A stretch of 63,430 nucleotides of DNA, the filler included, from Octopus bimaculoides (lineage: Eukaryota), in assembly GCF_001194135.2 (NCBI RefSeq). It is 5 parts of 5 records of this genome, joined end to end, with 100 filler letters (N's around TTAATTAATTAA, not from the genome) between each part and the next. Parts side by side here need not be neighbours in the genome. Positions count along the whole stretch, not along the records: positions 61,947 to 63,430 come from NW_026310998.1; 4 more parts are not named here. The stretch is one strand, 5' to 3'. Shown here piece by piece: positions 61,947-63,430 of the stretch. Each line of letters starts with the position of its first letter. Position 1 is the first letter of the stretch. The position numbers were made by a program, and so were the translations under genes. The notes below the pieces were generated by a model that was given only the letters and a program-made list of their open reading frames with translations, was not told the origin of the DNA and did not search any database.

Positions 61947-63430
61947 TACGTAAGTACGAACGAACGAATGAACGTACGTATTTACGAACGAACGATCGAA
62001 GGAACGAACGAACGTACGTACGTATGAAGAAACGAACGAACGTGCGTACGAATAATCAAACGATCGATCGAACAAACGTACATCCTTACGTATGTACGAA
62101 CGAACGTAATTACGTACTACATACGAATGAACGAACGTACGTACGAACGATCAAAGGAACGAACGTACGTATGTACGTACGTACACAGGTATGTACGTAC
62201 GTATGAATCAACGAACAAACGAATGAAAGTACGAACGAACAAACGGTCGATCGAACGTAATTACGTACGAACGAACGAACGAAATCACCAGCTAACGAAC
62301 GAACGAACGCTCGAAGGAACGAACGTACGAACGAACGATCGAACAAACGAACGTACGTACGTATGAAGAAATGAACGAATGTACGTACGAATGATCAAAC
62401 GAACGAAAGATCGAACAAACGAACGAACGTACATCCTTACGTATGTACGAACGAACGTAATTACGTACGTACATACGAATGAACGAACAAATGGATGAAC
62501 GAACGTACGTACGAACGATCAAAGGAACGAACGTACGTATGTACGTACGTACACAGGTATGTACGTACGTATGAATCAACGAACAAACGAATGAAAGTAC
62601 GAACGAACGAACGGTCGATCGAACGTAATTACGTACGAACGAACGAACGAAATAACCAGCTAACGAACGAACGAACGCTCGAAGGAACGAACGTACGTAC
62701 TTACGTACGAACGAACGATCGAACAAACGAACTTAATTACGTAAGTACGCACGAACGAATGGATGAACGAACGTACGTACGTACGAATGAACGATCGAAG
62801 GAAGGAACGTACGTACTTACGTACGAACGAAGGTACGAATGATCGATCGAACGAAATAACGAACGGACGTACGCACGTACAAACGATCGAACGAAAGAAC
62901 GAACTAACGAATGAATGTACGTACTTACGAACGAACGATCGTACGCAAGTACGAAAGAACAAACGATCGATCGAACAAACGTAATTACGTACGTACGTAC
63001 GAACGAACGGTGGAAGGAACGAACGAACGTACGAATGATCGAACGAACGAACTAACGAACGAACATACGCACGTACGTAGGTAGGAACGAGCGAACGAAT
63101 GACCGCAAGATCAAACGAACTTAATTACGTACGTACGAACGAAAGAATGGATGAACGAACGTACGTACGATCAAACGAATGATCGAACGAACGAACGTTC
63201 AAACGATCGAACAAACGAACGAAGGAATGAACGTACGTACTTACGAACAAACAAACGAACAAAAGAACGTACTTACGTAGGTATGTACGTATGTACGAAC
63301 GAACGAAGTCACGTAAGTACGAACGAACGAACGATCGATCGAACGAACGTAATTACGTACGTATGTACGAATGAACGAACGTACGTAAGTACGAACGATC
63401 GTACGAACGGTGGAAGGAACGAACGAACGT
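61947..63430. repeat. CpG-rich (ACGW)n-based complex satellite with about 350-370-bp higher-order duplication
   Basis: ACGA/ACGT/ACGATCG units. Marker ACACAGG at 62183 and 62551; CCAGCTAACG about 369 bp apart. Confidence 0.9.

Noticed and set aside
62024-62984. ORFs with RTNERT/FVRS repeats
   Set aside because: They are translations of the ACGW satellite.

Overview
Repeat-dense, AT-rich animal genomic DNA from a gapped draft assembly. The SINE/LINE families look like those of an octopod cephalopod (probably Octopus); this is my recollection, not a database result. Host genes: (1) the last two coding exons of a class B1 (secretin-like) GPCR on + (42-nt TM7 exon 11306-11347 and terminal exon 17472-17849), with upstream exons not found in the window; (2) an intact single-exon MAGE/NSE3 gene (49569-50348, +); (3) a decayed intronless YKT6-like copy (about 52110-52390). 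The rest is mostly mobile DNA: a near full-length RTE LINE with three C-terminal C2H2 fingers (minus strand) carrying a nested insertion of a second RTE family with a PHD-like finger inside its RT, an R4/Dong-type RLE LINE fragment abutting (TAA)n, two mariner relics, Penelope-like GIY-YIG fragments with a degenerate minimal hammerhead ribozyme, a probable solo LTR, at least four tRNA-derived SINE families, microsatellites and a CpG-rich (ACGW)n satellite. The last GPCR intron holds nested inverted repeats and a STAT/NF-kB/ETS-like motif array. Most ORFs in the supplied track are microsatellite or gap artefacts. I found no convincing wholly new biological system. The best leads are element architectures, RNA hairpins and two weak unannotated exon chains.
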